A DNA stretch of 64,000 nucleotides from Phoronis australis (lineage: Eukaryota > Animalia > Phoronida): the NCBI GenBank assembly GCA_002633005.1, contig NMRA01000128.1, forward strand, positions 88,051-152,050, read 5' to 3'. The translations under genes and the position numbers were made by a program. Below the pieces are notes generated by a model, which had not been told where the DNA came from, did not search any database, and worked only from the letters and a program-made list of their open reading frames with translations. Below are positions 24,118 through 37,777 of this stretch, one piece after another. Every line of letters begins with the position of its first letter. Positions within the stretch are counted from its first letter, which is position 1.

Positions 24118-25103
24118 ATTTCAAAAAACATTAAAGGAAACAGGGCCCTCAGTAACGAAGGTAAGCACTGACCTTAACACATGTACCAAAACTTATACAC
24201 AGACATTATGATGTTAATGAGTGGCTGCTTATTTTTGTAAATTTCCACACTTTCTCACTCAATTTTACAGCTATGACTAAAAACATAGTGGCGTGTTGGT
24301 GTTTTGATGCAGACTTCCCCCTTGTTATGGCCTAGATCCAGATGTATCGCTTTTTCATTTTCGAATATTAACAAGTATGGATCATAGGTATATTTAAACC
24401 TAATTTATCAGTCCAGTTCTTCTCAAGAATACCGTGCACTTTAATGAGACAAGAAGATTCATTATTGACAAACCAAATTCAATTTTGCATGCAGACTGAA
24501 CAAGACTTTCAACACAAGAAAATGATTGATTTCCTGTTTGAATAGCAAAACAAATAGCTGGTTGTGTAAACACAAAAGGGTATTTATACCACCATGGACT
24601 CTGAATCTCTAATAAATCCTGCTTATTATAGGGCTAATTACAAAAATCACTTCCCTTCATTAACTCCAATGCTTAGCAAACTGCATGCTGTGGGGGGGGC
24701 CAAGAATCAAGCATTCTATATGTCTCATATTGGTCAGCCTGTTCAGCTCTGCTATAGGGGATCATTATCTCTTATCTGATTTTGTATACCTTACCCTATT
24801 GTGCCTGCATTGACTTTCATAATAAAGGGCTATTGTGGAGATGTTTAAACTGTAGGCTTGGGTAACAATAGGCATTCCTCTGCCTGTTACTAAAGACCAA
24901 GCTACNACAAAAGGGTATTTATACCACCATGGACTCTGAATCTCTAATAAATCCTGCTTATTATAGGGCTAATTACAAAAATCACTTCCCTTCATTAACT
25001 CCAATGCTTAGCAAACTGCATGCTGTGGGGGGGGGCCAAGAATCAAGCATTCTATATGTCTGACCAGATACTAGCATATTGGTTGGTACAAAAGAAAACC
25101 TAA

Positions 25104-27152
25104 CAGGGCTCAACGCTATTAAAATCGGCAGGTCGTATTTTGCGACCAAGCCAGAATCCCGAGGTCGCATTTCCAAAATTCAGCTCGCATTCATAAATGC
25201 CAGGTCGCAAAATTTTCCCATTTTTTACGCGTCAAATTGATTTTAGATCATCAAGAAAATGAATTATGCTCATACCTGCAGCGTTAAATACTCACAAATT
25301 TCAGATCCCAAAACTGACTTCGTTCATGCAGGTACGGCGTTACTGTTCTTCACGACCGCCACTGAAAGTCTCTAGAGCGCAAGGCAAGTTCGCGACATGA
25401 AAGCTGAATTAGTGCTCTCTAACTGACACGTGCATTCGACTAGCTAAGTTTGCGATGTGAAAAGGGAGAAAATGCCGGTTGAAAAAGTATCTGGGATTTT
25501 GCTAGGTCTGACCTGCTACTGGCTGTCATCAAAGTCGTTAAAGATTCAAACTAACTCCGAGGACAAATTCCATCTGCTTTTTATTCGCAGCCCAAATTTT
25601 GCAACTTAACTCATGTTTGAAAAACATCAGTTAAGAAAAAATCCGTGAAACGATGCCCTAATCGAATAAACAATTCAGTGCAAATTTCACAACAAAAATG
25701 TGGTACTAATATGCTGTTTACGTACTCAACAATTAGTTTTCCAGGAAGTGAATAAGCCTCCAAATAATTCCGTGCGAGTTTCCATCAGGTAATGGCAAGT
25801 TTGCTCCTTAATACCTTCCAAGTACGGGAAAAATAGGTCAGTCACAAAACGACACGCATGCCACTAGTGTTAACTTTCTTTCGGAGGTATAAAACAAAGC
25901 CGGGATCAAATTGGTTTTTACATATTGAGAAAAGACGTTTTTTGAAAACGGAATTTCTTGTGTAAAATATCGGCTGTGTGTCAATATTAAACCACGCGCA
26001 GTTGTTTGTAGTGCGCTATGATGGACGCTAGCCTGAACTGTGGGCGCTTAACTGGAAATTCACAAAAGTTCAGGGGGAGGTGTATGAAGAGAAGAATAAA
26101 AAGTTCGCTAACCACAATTTCGCATCTAGTATCCGTTTAGTTGCAATAGCTGGCTACGGGCATAGAATATAAGGTTTAGAGAACACCCGACCGACCTTGA
26201 GAAACATCGGAACCGGAAAATATCAGTTCTGGGTTATATCCGTCCTGGGAAATATCGTAAAGCATCAGAATTTTTATAACCGCCGGGAATCTATGATTTC
26301 ATCTTCAAATAAACCATTTGCACCCAGGTGCTTAACAGAGCCAAGCCGGTATACTCTTTCATTTAGGACTGTTGCTGTTCTCTTTTGATGTGCAGCTTTG
26401 AACTGGTGCGCATGCGTGAGTTCATGCACTTGAATCACTGGAATAGGCCTACACTTACGTTGGCAACAACGTGTAAATTTTTGACAAATCATATTTCGCA
26501 CACGCAGCCCCAGAAACAAGTAATGGGGTTTGAGAATTTCTTGGCAACTGAACGTAAAGATGTGATCGTCGTTTGGCTGTCTTATGGGATAAAAACAAGG
26601 CGCACATCTCTAAGTCACAGTTGTCTGCCAGGACCGTTTGCACGCTAACAACAGGACCGACCGACAGCAGTACGATATCAGGGATATTGTTGCGGATATT
26701 TGGTACATGTAATAAGGACATCTTAAGCAAAAAGCAAACATATTTGTCCACCACAAAGTTTGATAAGTTGATCGCTTAAGAATTAATAGAAACACCGCTG
26801 TTCTGTGAGGTTTTGGCCCGAAACTTTCTTCGGCATATCCGAAAATGTTAGCCAATGAAACGCGTCAAAGATAGATTCTGCAAATCTTATGTTCATGCAA
26901 CTTGCTTACAAGTCATTGGGAGGGCTGTTGTCAGTTAGTGACTGTTGTTTTGAACTTGGATTTGGCAACAAACAAATAAAGGTCGGATTTATATTTGCCA
27001 GATAACTGCCGAGAAGTGTAAAAACTCAGCTCGCATTCGTTGGAAATTCCAGGTCGCATTTTGCGACTTGATATGAGCTGACAAAAATCTCAGCTCGCAT
27101 TTCCAAATTTCAGGTCGCAAATGCGACCTGCTGCTCGTTATGTCGAGCCCTG
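25104..27152. mobile_element. 2.05-kb non-autonomous hAT-like element with 5-bp TSD
   Basis: TIRs cagggctcaac / gtcgagccctg, subterminal aggtcgca/agctcgca repeats at both ends, and CCTAA at 25099-25103 and 27153-27157. Confidence 0.85.
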
Positions 27153-27303
27153 CCTAAAAGGTCTGATAACATGAGTGAGCCAGCTTCAAAAACTGTGGGG
27201 CATCCACTCCTTTGCAATTTAGGGATCTGTCACTCCAAGGCAGTTCTCACGGTTGTGGGGCACCCACTCCTTTGCAAGCTGTTAGGGATCTGTCACACCA
27301 AGN

Positions 27304-28530
27304 TTTCTTGTGTAAAATATCGGCTGTGTGTCAATATTAAACCACGCGCAGTTGTTTGTAGTGCGCTATGATGGACGCTGGCCTGAACTGTGGGCGCTTA
27401 ACTGGAAATTCTCAAAAGTTCAGGGGGAGGTGTATGAAGAGAAGAATAAAAAGTTCGCTAACCACAATTTCGCATCTATAGTACCCGTTTAGTTGCAATA
27501 GCTGGCTACGGGCATAGAATATAAGGTTTAGAGAACACCGACCTTGAGAAACATTGGAACCGGAAAATATCAGTTCTGGGTTATATCCGTCCTGGGAAAT
27601 ATCGTAAAGCATCAGAATTTTTATAACCACCGGGAATCTATGATTTCATTTTCAAATAAACCAATTGCACCCGGGTGCTTAACAGAGCCAAGCCGGTATA
27701 CTCTTTCATTTAGGACTGTCGCTGTTCTCTTTTGATGTGCAGCTTTGAACTGGTGCGCATGCGTGAGTTCATGCACTTGAATCACTGGAATAGGCCTACA
27801 CTTACATTGGCAACAACGCGTAAATTTTAGACAAATCATATTTCGCACACGCAGCCCCAGAAACAAGTAATGGGGTTTGAGAATTTCTTGGCAACTGAAA
27901 GTAAAGATGTGATCGTCGTTTGGCTGTCTTATGGGATAAAAACAAGGCGTACATCTCTAAGTCACGGTTGTCTGCCAGGACCGCTTGCACGCTAACAACA
28001 GGACCGACCACTCGTGACGCAGTACGATATCAGGGATATTGTCGTGGATATTTGGTACATGTAATAAGGACATCTTAAGCAAAAAACATATTTGTCCACC
28101 ACAAAGTTTGATAAGTTGATCGCTTAAGAATTAATAGAAACACCGCTGTTTTGTGAGGTTTTGGCCCGAAACTTTCTTCGGCAAATCCGGAAATTTGCAA
28201 AAGTGGCCGAAAATGTTAGCCAATGAAATGCGTCAAAGATCGATTCTGCAAATCTTATGTTCATGCGACTTGCTTACAAGTCATCAGGAGGGCTGTTCTC
28301 AGTGACTGTTCTTTTGAACTTGGATTTGGCAACAACCAAATAAAGGTTGGATTAACAAGAGTTGCTTTATATTTGCCAGGTAACTGCCGAGAAGTGTAAA
28401 AACTCAGCTCGTATTCGTTGGAAATTCCAGGTGGTTTTTTGCGACTTGATATGGGCTGACAAAAATCTCAGCTCGCATTTCCAAATTTCAGGTCGCAAAT
28501 GCGACCTGCTGCTCGTTATGTCGAGCCCTG
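27304..28530. other. Allelic (haplotype) duplicate of 25954-27152 after the N join
   Basis: Starts right after N 27303. Same right TIR and same unique flank (cctaaaaggtctgataacatgag), with scattered SNPs and indels. Confidence 0.85.
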
Positions 28531-28574
28531 CCTAAAAGGTCTGATAACATGAGTGAGCCAGCTTCAAAAACTGA

Positions 28575-28884
28575 GGTTGTGGGGCATCCACTCCTTTGCA
28601 ATTTGTTAGGGATCTGTCACACCAAGGCAGTTCTCACGGGTGTGGGGCATCCACTCCTTTGCAACCTGTTAGGGATCTATCACTCCAAGGCAGTTCTCAC
28701 GGTTGTGGGGCACCCACTCCTTTGCAAGCTGTTAGGGATCTGCCACTCCAAGGCAGTTTTCACGGTTGTGGGGCACCCACTCCTTTGCAAGCTGTTAGGG
28801 ATCTGTCACTCCAAGGCAGTTCTCACGGTTGTGGGGCACCCACTCCTTTGCAAGCTGTTAGGGATCTGTCACACCAAGGCAGTT
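28575..28884. repeat. 63-bp minisatellite, about 5 copies
   Basis: Unit ggttgtggggcacccactcctttgcaagctgttagggatctgtcactccaaggcagttctcac at 28575, 28638, 28701, 28764 and 28827. About 2 copies at 27194-27302 on the other haplotype. Confidence 0.95.
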
Positions 28885-29153
28885 GAATCTCAGTATCAAT
28901 CATGGCATATTCAATCTGAATAATTGTACCCTTGTAGACCAAAGTGCTGCATTGGATGCACCTCTTAGGCCTGAGTATGCTGCTTCAACCTGTCCCCAGC
29001 CTGTTAATGGGTAAGACAGCTGCTGAGACAAAATGAGTTTGGGTGTGACAGGTAGTTTACTTTCACTATTTCCTCATAACTGTCAGCACATGAAGCACTG
29101 TTGAACACTTCATATGTCATGTGATTGTATAGTATGGAAAGAATTCTGTACCC

Positions 29154-29158
<5 letters not shown>

Positions 29159-29204
<46 letters not shown>
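29159..29204. repeat. (TA)23 microsatellite
   Basis: Read directly from the sequence. Confidence 0.97.
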
Positions 29205-29205
<1 letters not shown>

Positions 29206-31179
29206 CAGCCCTTACTTTGGAACCATAAAATTGTTAAAAAGTCGATACCTCTTGTTTCTTCTTAAAGAAAGCCATTTTTATAATTTTACAGAATTAACTT
29301 CTTCATCACGAAAGACTTCAGATGGCTTCAAATGGACACGAGCCTCAAATTTCTAAGAAAAACGAAATTTTATGTACCGGGTATCCAAAAATTTGGGAAT
29401 AGCGTCATAACTTCAGAGTAATTATTCTAAATACTGCAGAATGACAGGGTTGTAACATTAAGCTACCTTAAAACCGTGAGTTATGAACTTTTAGTTAAAC
29501 ACATTCTTCACTATCAGTTCACCACATGGTAGATTCTGAAACAGCCAATGTGAATTTCCCCATTTACCATAGTTCAAACAAAGATGTAGGTTGATTTACT
29601 ACTTTCATGCATAAGTATTCCATAGTTCCACGAAATAAAACTTCCTGACTAACCACACACCTGTATAAGTTCCCAGGTATATTGTGTACTTCAAATTTTA
29701 ATCAATATTTCCATAAACCAGAGACAGTCGACATCCATTACAAACAGGGATTATAAACAGTGGACTTGGAATTTGCACATGATAACCTTGAGAAAGGCAG
29801 GGTAATGGAAATGGTCAACAATAATCATTTCAAACCAAAAGTTTTGAATACAGAGAAATGAGATAATCATGGCAGGTGACGCACATTGACCTGTTTTTGA
29901 ACATAGTACGCTATTAATATTTTTCAGAAGTATTCAGTGTGTTACATCCCTAAATTGCCAGCCCGAAGCACAAATTTTTGCCATTATCTATGAAAACCAA
30001 AAATAACGGGTAAACGTTGGAAATATGTAACCAAACAAATTGCTTCACACAAACTCATGGCTGGCACAATTCAATTTGATTTAAATACTTTTATTACAAT
30101 GACAACCATATTTCACAAGTCAATAATTACCAATGTTATGACAAAATCAATTATCAGAGGGGTTAAAGACTGTGGCAGTTACCATTGACGCAATGAAAAA
30201 TATGCCTAAGGTGAATATTTGGGCATTAAACATTGAAGCCCATGACTTTCCAAGTTTCATTCACAGATAATGAACACCAAAGCCTTAACAAGGGCAGCAT
30301 TCTGCCACATGAATCTCACACCAACAACTAGTGAAGTCACGAAACGAATCTTGTAACCAATAAAGGAAATGATGATCCTTATTTCTTTTATTCAGTCTCA
30401 GTTACAACTTACAAAAAGCTGCATACAAGGAAATAAATTTTTGTATCATTTTAGCTTGGCTGCATCAAATGACACAAAAAGTGCAGCCTCAGGCAAATAT
30501 TGAAAAGGGCCTACTTCACTGCCAACTATCTAAAAGGTTAAGTGCCCTAACTTCCTAGCAGCTCATCTCATCAGTCAAGTACACCCCCCCCCCCCCGGAT
30601 GCATCCAGCCCTCATACCCAGATGTATTGATCAGGCAGTGAACCATGCACTGCACAGCCTGTTGATAAGCAACTTCCCTCAGTTAACTGTAAAACTAAAG
30701 GCTGGATGACTCATAATTTGCTTCCAATATTTTGAATATTTCGTGGAGGGATGTTTTCACCAAAAAATGATACATTATCAACTTTTGAGGAAACATATGC
30801 AGATGAGTAAACTTTGTGTGTAAAGTCTGCCAACCTTAAAGCTTTTCAACCCAGCCACGAGATGACACCACATGTACAGTTGTAACAGTTGAAGGAAGGA
30901 TACTCTTTTTTGTTCATGTATCACAGTTTACCATTGAATAAATTCATTTATTAGGAAAATGACTTGCCATTAATAGCCATTTTCTGATATAATGGGGGCA
31001 TGATGAAATACGCCTTATGACGAGAAGATACTCAAGACGGTGTTTGGTATTCATTCTTTTATGGATTTAACATGGTTAAATATATTCCAGCATTTTTTAT
31101 AAATTCTTTGCAACTGTAACGCCATCTAATTGCCACTGCTGTGCAGTGGGATACTCGAAACGATTCACACAAAAATGTC

Positions 31180-31660
31180 CAAGTCTCAAAATTGCTGCTA
31201 GGGGGCATAGCAGAAGTTGGATAGATCCAAAACTCGTCCTTCATAGTTGTCACGTGATAAATTTCACAAACATCCTGCATGGAGTTATGGAGATGTAGCT
31301 GCAGATGTAAAATAAAATTACCATTAGGGGGTGCCAATCCATTAGCGGGGACTACCATGTAATCCAAAAATCAAAGTCAGGTTTCGTATTTTAATCAGGA
31401 ACACATCTACCAATTGTCTTAATGATCCTTCGAGCAGTTTGGCAGATAGTAAGGCAGATGCCACATGACGGACACAAAAATGGCCACTAGTTGGCACAGA
31501 ATGAGTTGAATCGTCTGATAATGGAAAAGCATCATCTTCCCTTTGACGAAAACTTCTCTGCTAAATTTCAAGGAAATTTGAAGAAACATACAGTCAGTGG
31601 TAAACATAAAAATACAAAATTGCCACTAGGGAACACAACGGTAGTCGATGCCTGGAAGCC
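31180..31660 (+). mobile_element. Older degenerate relative of the 9103-10843 element
   Basis: Same monomer motifs: aaattgctgctagggggcat, aaattaccattagggggtgc, aaaatggccactagttggcac and aaattgccactagggaacac. Confidence 0.65.
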
Positions 31661-34612
31661 CAGATGCAGTCGCATAACCAAGGTCAATAACTAACTTTTC
31701 CGCCTTGACAAAAGGAAAGATGAGAGTTAAATTCAGGACTGTGAAATTCTTGATGTGGGGATCTAAACATAAATCACTACTAAGGATGGCATTTTTTGAA
31801 GCTTAAAGATCCGTTAGGTTCCTCAAACTTTACATTTTTTCATGAAGTGTTTTTAAGAGTTTGCCGAAACACTATGCACTTTCCCTATTACCGGTTAGCA
31901 TGTAAGCGAGGGATCTCAATCATACTACTTCTTTGCGATGAACAAGTTACAAGTTACGTAACCACTTCAATGTTCTACTGTTGTGTTTTTGCAACATGTT
32001 TATCATAAACTCCCTTGACTCAGATATAAACATTAAGTAAAAACGAAAGCAAAAATTTGTGGGCTTATGGCTGACAGGCAAGCCTGAGATGGACCATAGG
32101 CAAGTCTCGGTGAGGCTCAACTTGCAGCAGGATTATGGCACAAACACCTGTTAAAGAAATTTAATCCAAAAGGCAGTTAAGTGTACCCTAATAAGCTTCA
32201 GGAAGCAAAAGTCAAAATGTATCATGCTTTACTAAATAATATAGTGACTTCCAAAACCCATTACTAAAATTTTTCAAATGCTAAATTAGTCATAACACAG
32301 ATCAGTTTGTCAGCAGCTTCACAATTAAAAGAAACAGTGTCTGGCAACTCTTCTGTTGACAAATGAACAACTATAAATATTTCAACAATAATCCTTTAAA
32401 AATTAAAAAAAGGAAAAGTATAAGCCTCTTGCTCACATTTTTCACATGTACTAGATACACAAACAATCCAAACAAGTGCCCAATGGGCTGCTTGCAACCT
32501 TGTCCCCGAATTTGTCTCCATCAAAACCCATGGCATGAGAAAACTTTCTTATGAAAATAAAATAGCTTTTAAAAATCACTTGGCTATTGAAGACAAACAA
32601 CTCTACGGTATTTACAATTAAATTTTTCATAGCGACTCATGAAAGATTCATGGACATGCAATAGGCGAGTGAAGAATTCAAACCATTTAATGTTAATTAT
32701 TCAACAATTTTAGAGTGAGTTAAGAATTACCAAGAGACAGTATTATTAGGAGAAAATATTAAGAGATGAGATTCTGCTGCTGTACTTGACGTAAGGCGCA
32801 TAATTGACCACATAGAAGTAGAATCTTCTAATAATGACTGTTGCTTATCAAAATCCCCAACTTTGCTCATAAGTATGGCGCACCTGGCCATTGTACGACA
32901 GAAAGAGATCCACAACGTGTGAGGGGGGTCTTAAGACTTATAGCCTAGAAGTGGGTATGGGTGGGGAATGAAGATGAAAGTTGTGACAACAATGTCCAGT
33001 ATTTATTATGCTGGACACTAATATCTGGGAAAAAAACAGTGTCCAGCATGATGGATTCCAAAAACCGTAAAGGTGCAGGAAACAAATGAAATGGTGAAAT
33101 CTACTGAGTAAACGGATCCTACATGTGCAAATTGAAGGTCAAGTGAAACAAACAAGAAAAAAGGTCTTGTAAGCACATTCCGCATCAAATACACTGTGAA
33201 AGCTCTTGGAAACAAGAACTCTACAATTACAAAATTGTTTAACATGTCTGGAAGTCTATGTCTAAGTCTGTACTAAACAAGATGTAATAAACAACCCCCA
33301 AGTTCTTTAGTATATTATCAACTTGGTTTGTGAGCTACTGCGTATAGATTTTATAGAAAATGTTTGCTTTCAAAATGACAGTTTTGGGAATTACCTGACA
33401 TTTATGTGAAATCAGTGAAAATTACCTCACCAAAATTATAGTAATTACATGTTTTATTAATTTTTACCACAAATAATATAACACCCGAAGTCTAAGATGG
33501 TTGAACTGTATCTCTCCAATCGGACAAACATAACTACCATTTTACGGAAACAAGTTACGCTGCCTGTCAAATAGGCAGAAATCAATAACATTTTGAGCCA
33601 CTGTTAATTCAATAATCTATAAATTTCATAAAAATTCACCAATATTTGGGTAACGGTGAGGCATTTTGAGTTTTCTACTGCACGTGAAGGCTAGGGCAGG
33701 CATTTGCTTGATTTTTGAGTCTGTTCTGATTGAAAAATGTAAATTATTGATCCTTTGACTCATTTTAAACAATTGCTTCTTTTGTTGTACCTTCACTAGT
33801 GTGCAAGCAAATGGTGGTTTTGGATGAACACTATGACTTTTGTGCACTTTACTGATTTTTAAAACGATACCAAACCCTGTTTTGACGATTTCAACCGATC
33901 CTACTTCTGTCAACTGCTAATGCATTATTGGCATCAATCTTGCAAGTTAAAAACAGGAATCAACTAAAAACTCATACTCCCTATCTCACAAATTCGATAT
34001 TATGGTCCTTGGTGGGTGGTCTGTTCCCACAATTGCCATGTAACTCCCTGTGCAATTCCCTGTGTAATTCGCTAAAAGCCTATGTAATGCTTGCCCGTTT
34101 AGCAGACTTTGACAGGAGTTTTCAAATTTTCCTCCAAACTTTTGAGGGTTTTCGAGGGTTATAAAGCATTACTTTGTTTCAGAGAACTGGATGAGAAAGT
34201 CGTTTTTAATATCTGTTAATAGGCCACAACCGGGTTTAGTGTCCTTTAAAAGGATGGAAATTCACTTCAGAATCAGTTTTATTGGAGGTCTTTGGCCCCA
34301 TATACCCTTTATATTTTCAGGTTTTGTACACCCAGTGGAACAGGAAGCTGATGTGGACGTTTTTCACATCCAAAACCAATGAGCAAAAACCGCTAGAGTA
34401 CAAGCCAAAAGCAAACAGACGGAATAATGACTCCGAGTCATGACGGGCAATTCTGGCTACAGATTTGTTTTTGGTAAATTTCAGCTGAAAATGACAGATA
34501 CTGATTTGTCACGACTGTTATCTCTTCGAACAATCTTGCTATACCATCTTAAAAGTCCATAGTTTCCACACAACGTTGACCTAATTCCAATGTACATTAT
34601 GTACTGTACGCT

Positions 34613-34796
34613 AATTGACCTATCGCAAGCTCCGCCCCCTTGCATAATGTCTGCTATAGTAACAAACAATAAGTTTTACCCAGTAGCGAGTTGTTTGTCG
34701 GGTAAAATGGCGGCTTGGAAACGAAGGTGTGTAAATCGTGCTGCGTTCTAAATGGTCACTTAAGTTGTCACTCAAAATGCTAGCGATAGGTCAGTT
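34613..34796. mobile_element. MITE family C, inverted relative to 12301-12463
   Basis: TIRs aattgacctatcgc / gcgataggtcagtt, with internal reverse-complement similarity to the first copy. Confidence 0.75.
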
Positions 34797-37777
34797 AGGG
34801 CCATGATGTCAGCAACTTGATTATTGTTGTACACAAAAATTCATTGTTCTAAGCACTAAGTCTTCTGATGACATGGTCAAAGTCGTGAAAGTTTTACTTT
34901 ACCTTTCGATCGCTCAAACTTCGTGTTTTTTCGATAGCATCCATGATTCCGACGCGTAACCCCCCATCCCCAGCAATCCCCCCAAACACACAGATTTTTT
35001 ACAAAAATGCATAGACCAAGGTTTTTACATCTAAGTTTACAAAACATCCTTCTGTAGTGAGCATTTTTACTAAAAAAAATGTGTAGACCACGACTTTTAC
35101 AATGCTATCAACCAAGTGTGAGCATAGCAACATTGTATATACTTATATTTGTCTATTTCTTCCTGCTTCAGCCACCACTGTGAGTCTTCATAGGCTTCCT
35201 AGTAATCATTACAATGTGTGTGTCCAAACTTGAAAGGTTCCTATTGATAGTGGGCATCCAAATGATACATTGGGCATCCTTGCCAGGGAGTCCATATTAT
35301 TGCTAGGGTGTCCACTTGGACATACGCTGCATAAAGGCCTGACGGCCACACCAAACAATTAATTCACGCTGCCTAGTAAATGTGCTATCCATGCGGGACA
35401 TCTTTAAACATGACATTTGATTTGTTGTATTGCACAGGGGACAACAATATTACTGGGTACTGTCACACCGTTACTAATTCAAGATACAAAACTGAATATC
35501 AATCAATTCTCCTTAAGCTCAATGTAAAGTATACATACATGTATCAGAGTTAATCTGATGAAACTTCCGACACAAATGGCCACTCTCGCATGTAGTAGTT
35601 TGGAAAGGAGTGGCTTCATTAGAGAGTATCCGTGGGTAGCATGCTGCATTTGTTAAATATATCACAAGGTTTGTTTACAATTGATTAGATCAGAACAATG
35701 AGAATTGTGAATAACTTTACACTTTATTAGCTTCTAGGCAAATTGACCATGACCGACGGCTTCTATGATGGTCAGTTTCACCTATGGTCACTCAGACAAC
35801 TGTAATAGCGTTGAGTTCTTCTACCACTGAGCCGTCATGACGGTGAATAATGCACCATTTTGTCCGTATTTCTCATGATTGGCTTGTAGTGTACACAACA
35901 TCCAGTAAAAATAAGCAATCAATGGGTATAACAACTAGTAAGTTAATAAACAGTCATAAGCTAATAGCCTAAAATACTAGTCAGCAATTACTAACAATTC
36001 AATTCTCCAATCACCAAATTACGAATCGGTTAACCAATATTTTTAGACTACACTCAGTTGTCATGGATACAGATTAAAGTAAAAGAATCATCTCCAAAAA
36101 TAACTGAAGTGTCATATTGCAGAATGCACAACAAACCTAAAATATTCCCTCATCATTTGACACTCCAGGAAATGCTTAGAGGAAACTGCTGTTTCTAATA
36201 ACAACATCTGGTCCATAATCATGCTGTTATGGAAACAGCAAAAAATTGTTGACTAAGGGATGCAAAAAGAAAAGCAAATTGTAAGTTGTGTGGGTGTGTG
36301 AAATGACCCCAGATAACATTTTTTGTTGGCCCAGCAGTAAGAACCCTATTGCTACACCATGCTGCCACTCCATACAGCTAAGCCCACCACATTGCTACAC
36401 AGTGCTGTCACTCCAACAGAGAATTTAAACTTGAATCAGTTGTTGCACCAGATGATATCAGTTTGTATTTACAAGAGGCACAAGAGGCTTGAACAGTACT
36501 ATAAGAGGCTTACCTCAGATAAGTAGCAGACACTCAATACGCAGTCACCACAGAGACCTCATAAAATAATGGCAGACATTTTTTAGTAAATCACATATTA
36601 TGTGCAAAGTTAGATAGTCCAAAAATTCACATTACAAGGGCTTTTAAAGGCAGAAAGACTCTCCGTGGGCAATATTTTTTGAAATTTAAACTAGTTGAGA
36701 ATAGCTGGTTTCAACGAATGGTGTTAAGGTTTAAGTATCAACCCGTGGGAGTCCTTTCATGTTTCATCACATAACTTTTTTGATCCATAATGGTATCTAA
36801 TTTCTAAAGCCTTGATGACTAACAAAACCTTAGTTTATGCTTTAAAACATCGAAAATTGTTAACAGCTGAAATTACCTGTCATTGATGTCGTAAATCACC
36901 TCTCCACTCTTTCTAAGAGGGACAGCTGGAGATGAAATATACCTTGGCTGCAATGTGTTGGTTTTTTCACCTTTCTGTGCATGCCTTTGTGAATAGTTAA
37001 TAACCATGTGACCACATGTGTGACTTGTTTTCAAAATGAAATTCTCAAAAACCTAAACAGCAGAGAACACTGTATTTGAACTACAATAAATATTCACTGA
37101 ACCATGACCGTCTTCTTCCATGATTCTTTTCACAACAGCATCCCTCGTCCTCATTCTTCACTACTGTATCTCCAGAAAAACAAAAAATCTGCATGGTACC
37201 ATTCCCCTCACCATGAATGAGCAATGCATTAAAGACATGCTAAAAGCGTCAAAAAATCAAAAGGTCTGAAAATGGCTGGTAAAAATTTGCCAAGTAATTA
37301 AATTAACTGAATTTGTCCTAACCACTCACATATTTGGAGCAAAAAATGCATTTGAATTTTCTTGTGGATAGCAATGACACATAAAGATAGAATTTATACC
37401 GAATGTGAAAATTGCATTTTTAAACATATGTCTACGAAGGATAACAACTTATCTTAACTAGAAATGATCACATTCAGCAGCATTGTGATTGGCTATTAAT
37501 GATTCATTTGCCCAACAAAAGTCAACTGTATGCAAATTCAGCGGTGGACTTGAAGAACGCCAATACAACCTCAAATGGTGTCTGGCCACCTGGGAAAAAT
37601 TCCAATTCACCAAGAGGTCGCCATGGTAAGTATCAAAGTCAGACAATAATTCCCTCTAAATTGGTTTCAAGGTTAGTGCTGATCGGACTACCAAACTTTA
37701 AATTGTTAACAGTTTTTCAAAATTTATTACCTTTGACTCACAATTATTTCTTTTATTTCATGAATTCAGCACATTTG

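Noticed and set aside
26197-28011. Cluster of 60-99 aa ORFs repeated twice
   Set aside because: They lie inside a non-autonomous hAT-like element, lack transposase motifs, are altered between alleles, and the repetition is an assembly overlap.
32727-32915. 62-aa minus-strand ORF ending near a GT donor
   Set aside because: The donor would be phase 2, incompatible with phase-0 exon 2, and there is no homology.
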